DNA of 63,387 bases, the filler included, from Craspedostauros australis (taxonomy: Eukaryota), in NCBI GenBank assembly GCA_030167865.1. It is 13 parts of 13 records of this genome, joined end to end, with 100 filler letters (N's around TTAATTAATTAA, not from the genome) between each part and the next. Parts side by side here need not be neighbours in the genome. Positions count along the whole stretch, not along the records: positions 61,046 to 63,387 come from JALAGF010005953.1; 12 more parts are not named here. The stretch is one strand, 5' to 3'. Shown in pieces: positions 62,439 to 63,387 of this stretch (positions are counted from its first letter, which is position 1; each line of letters opens with the position of its first letter). The notes beneath the pieces were generated by a model. It did no database searches. It saw only the letters and a list, made by a program, of their open reading frames with translations, and had not been told where the DNA came from. Made by a program: the position numbers and the translations under genes.

Positions 62439-63387
62439 TCAAGAGCATGCATCGTTATTTTGTCCAGGGCAGTCGTTGGATGGGCTGTCGATGGTGTAGG
62501 TCCGGCCAGGAGAGCCGCTGCACATGTCTGTCGCCATGCAGTCCTGGCAGCTGCTTGGAGCCACGCAGGTGTTCGCCGCGATGACCAGATCATCAACCGC
62601 CAAGTTGGAGTTTGCAACACCGTTGCAGCTGTCTTGTGGCAAGCATGTGCCACTGTCGATGGTGATGCCACCGAGAGTCTTGANNNNNNNNNNNNNNNNN
62701 NNNNNNNNNNNNNNNNNNNNNNNNNNNNNNNNNTCATTTTTCAAGAGCATGCATCGTTATTTTGTCCAGGGCAGTCGTTGGATGGGCTGTCGATGGTGTA
62801 GGTCCGGCCAGGAGAGCTGCTGCACATGTCTGTCGCCATGCAGTCCTGGCAGCTGCTTGGAGCCACGCAGGTGTTCGCCGCGATGACCAGATCATCAACC
62901 ACCAAGTTGGAGTTTGCAACACCGTTGCAGCTGTCTTGTGGCAAGCATGTGCCACTGTCGATGGTGATGCCACCGAGAGTCTTGAACGGGCCAGCGTGAA
63001 CATTCTGACAAGCACATTGTCCCTGACAAGTGTTCATCCCCATGCTGATGTTGGCAAGCGTAGGTGTGGCGATACCGGGAGACTGGGCGGCACGAATTCC
63101 AAGGCCTTTGCAGCCGTCCCCGCCATTTCATCCTGCATGGTGGGTCCGGATGTTACCATAGATGTTCTGCCCAAGGTTCTCGCAGCTGTTTGTGCTGGTG
63201 CATGCGGCTGGCCCAATGATGTGGTAGCCAATGGCGGCCGTGGTGGCGGGAGGGCTGGAAAAAGATCCAAGATTCTTGCAGGAATTTAGTCCAAGACAGC
63301 TGCCAAGGATGATGGCATTCTTTGAAACCCCTTCGCAGGAACTATCGCTTGCACACGAGTCCGGGGTGATGGTGATGATGTCGCTCC
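62439..63387 (-). CDS. Cys-rich C-x5-C repeat protein, 5'-partial, with in-frame TGA at 63128-63130; 3' end duplicated by assembly (first stop at 62741)
   Basis: One frame from 63385 gives DSCASDSSC, GSCLGLNSC, AACTSTNSC, AG*NGGDGC, NTCQGQCAC, GTCLPQDSC and NTCVAPSSC. Confidence 0.7.

Noticed and set aside
8955..63130. Genome-wide TGA reassignment, suggested by in-frame TGAs at 8955, 32324, 38289, 40228 and 63128
   Set aside because: TGA also ends apparently normal ORFs (547, 26760, 53947, 62741), TGG and TGY are used normally, and several cases sit in decayed elements where CGA>TGA mutation suffices.

Overview
This is eukaryotic DNA, most likely from a diatom. It is not one locus: 13 short scaffolds are joined by N-run/TTAATTAATTAA/N-run linkers, and many gap-flanked duplications are assembly or haplotype artefacts. 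Transposable elements dominate. They include a near-complete CoDi-type Ty1/copia element with identical LTRs (53346-60945), three more copia fragments, a near-intact APE-RT-RNaseH non-LTR element of the diatom Ambal type (27395-33843) plus two decayed relatives, Tc1/mariner, Sola-like, PIF/Harbinger and Mutator transposase remnants, and two dispersed non-autonomous repeat families. The few host genes are CDC123 (partial), a spliced secreted RXL-motif protein, a C-x5-C repeat protein and several low-complexity ORFs. The most interesting signals are copia primer-binding sites matching tRNA anticodon arms (Asn, and a palindrome-split Ile site) instead of tRNA 3' ends, an in-frame TGA at a repeat Cys position, a hydrophobic segment and a chromodomain-like segment inside copia polyproteins, a TIR element family with no obvious assignment, and a 31-bp-periodic motif array. 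All family assignments rest on motifs recognised by eye; no searches were run.
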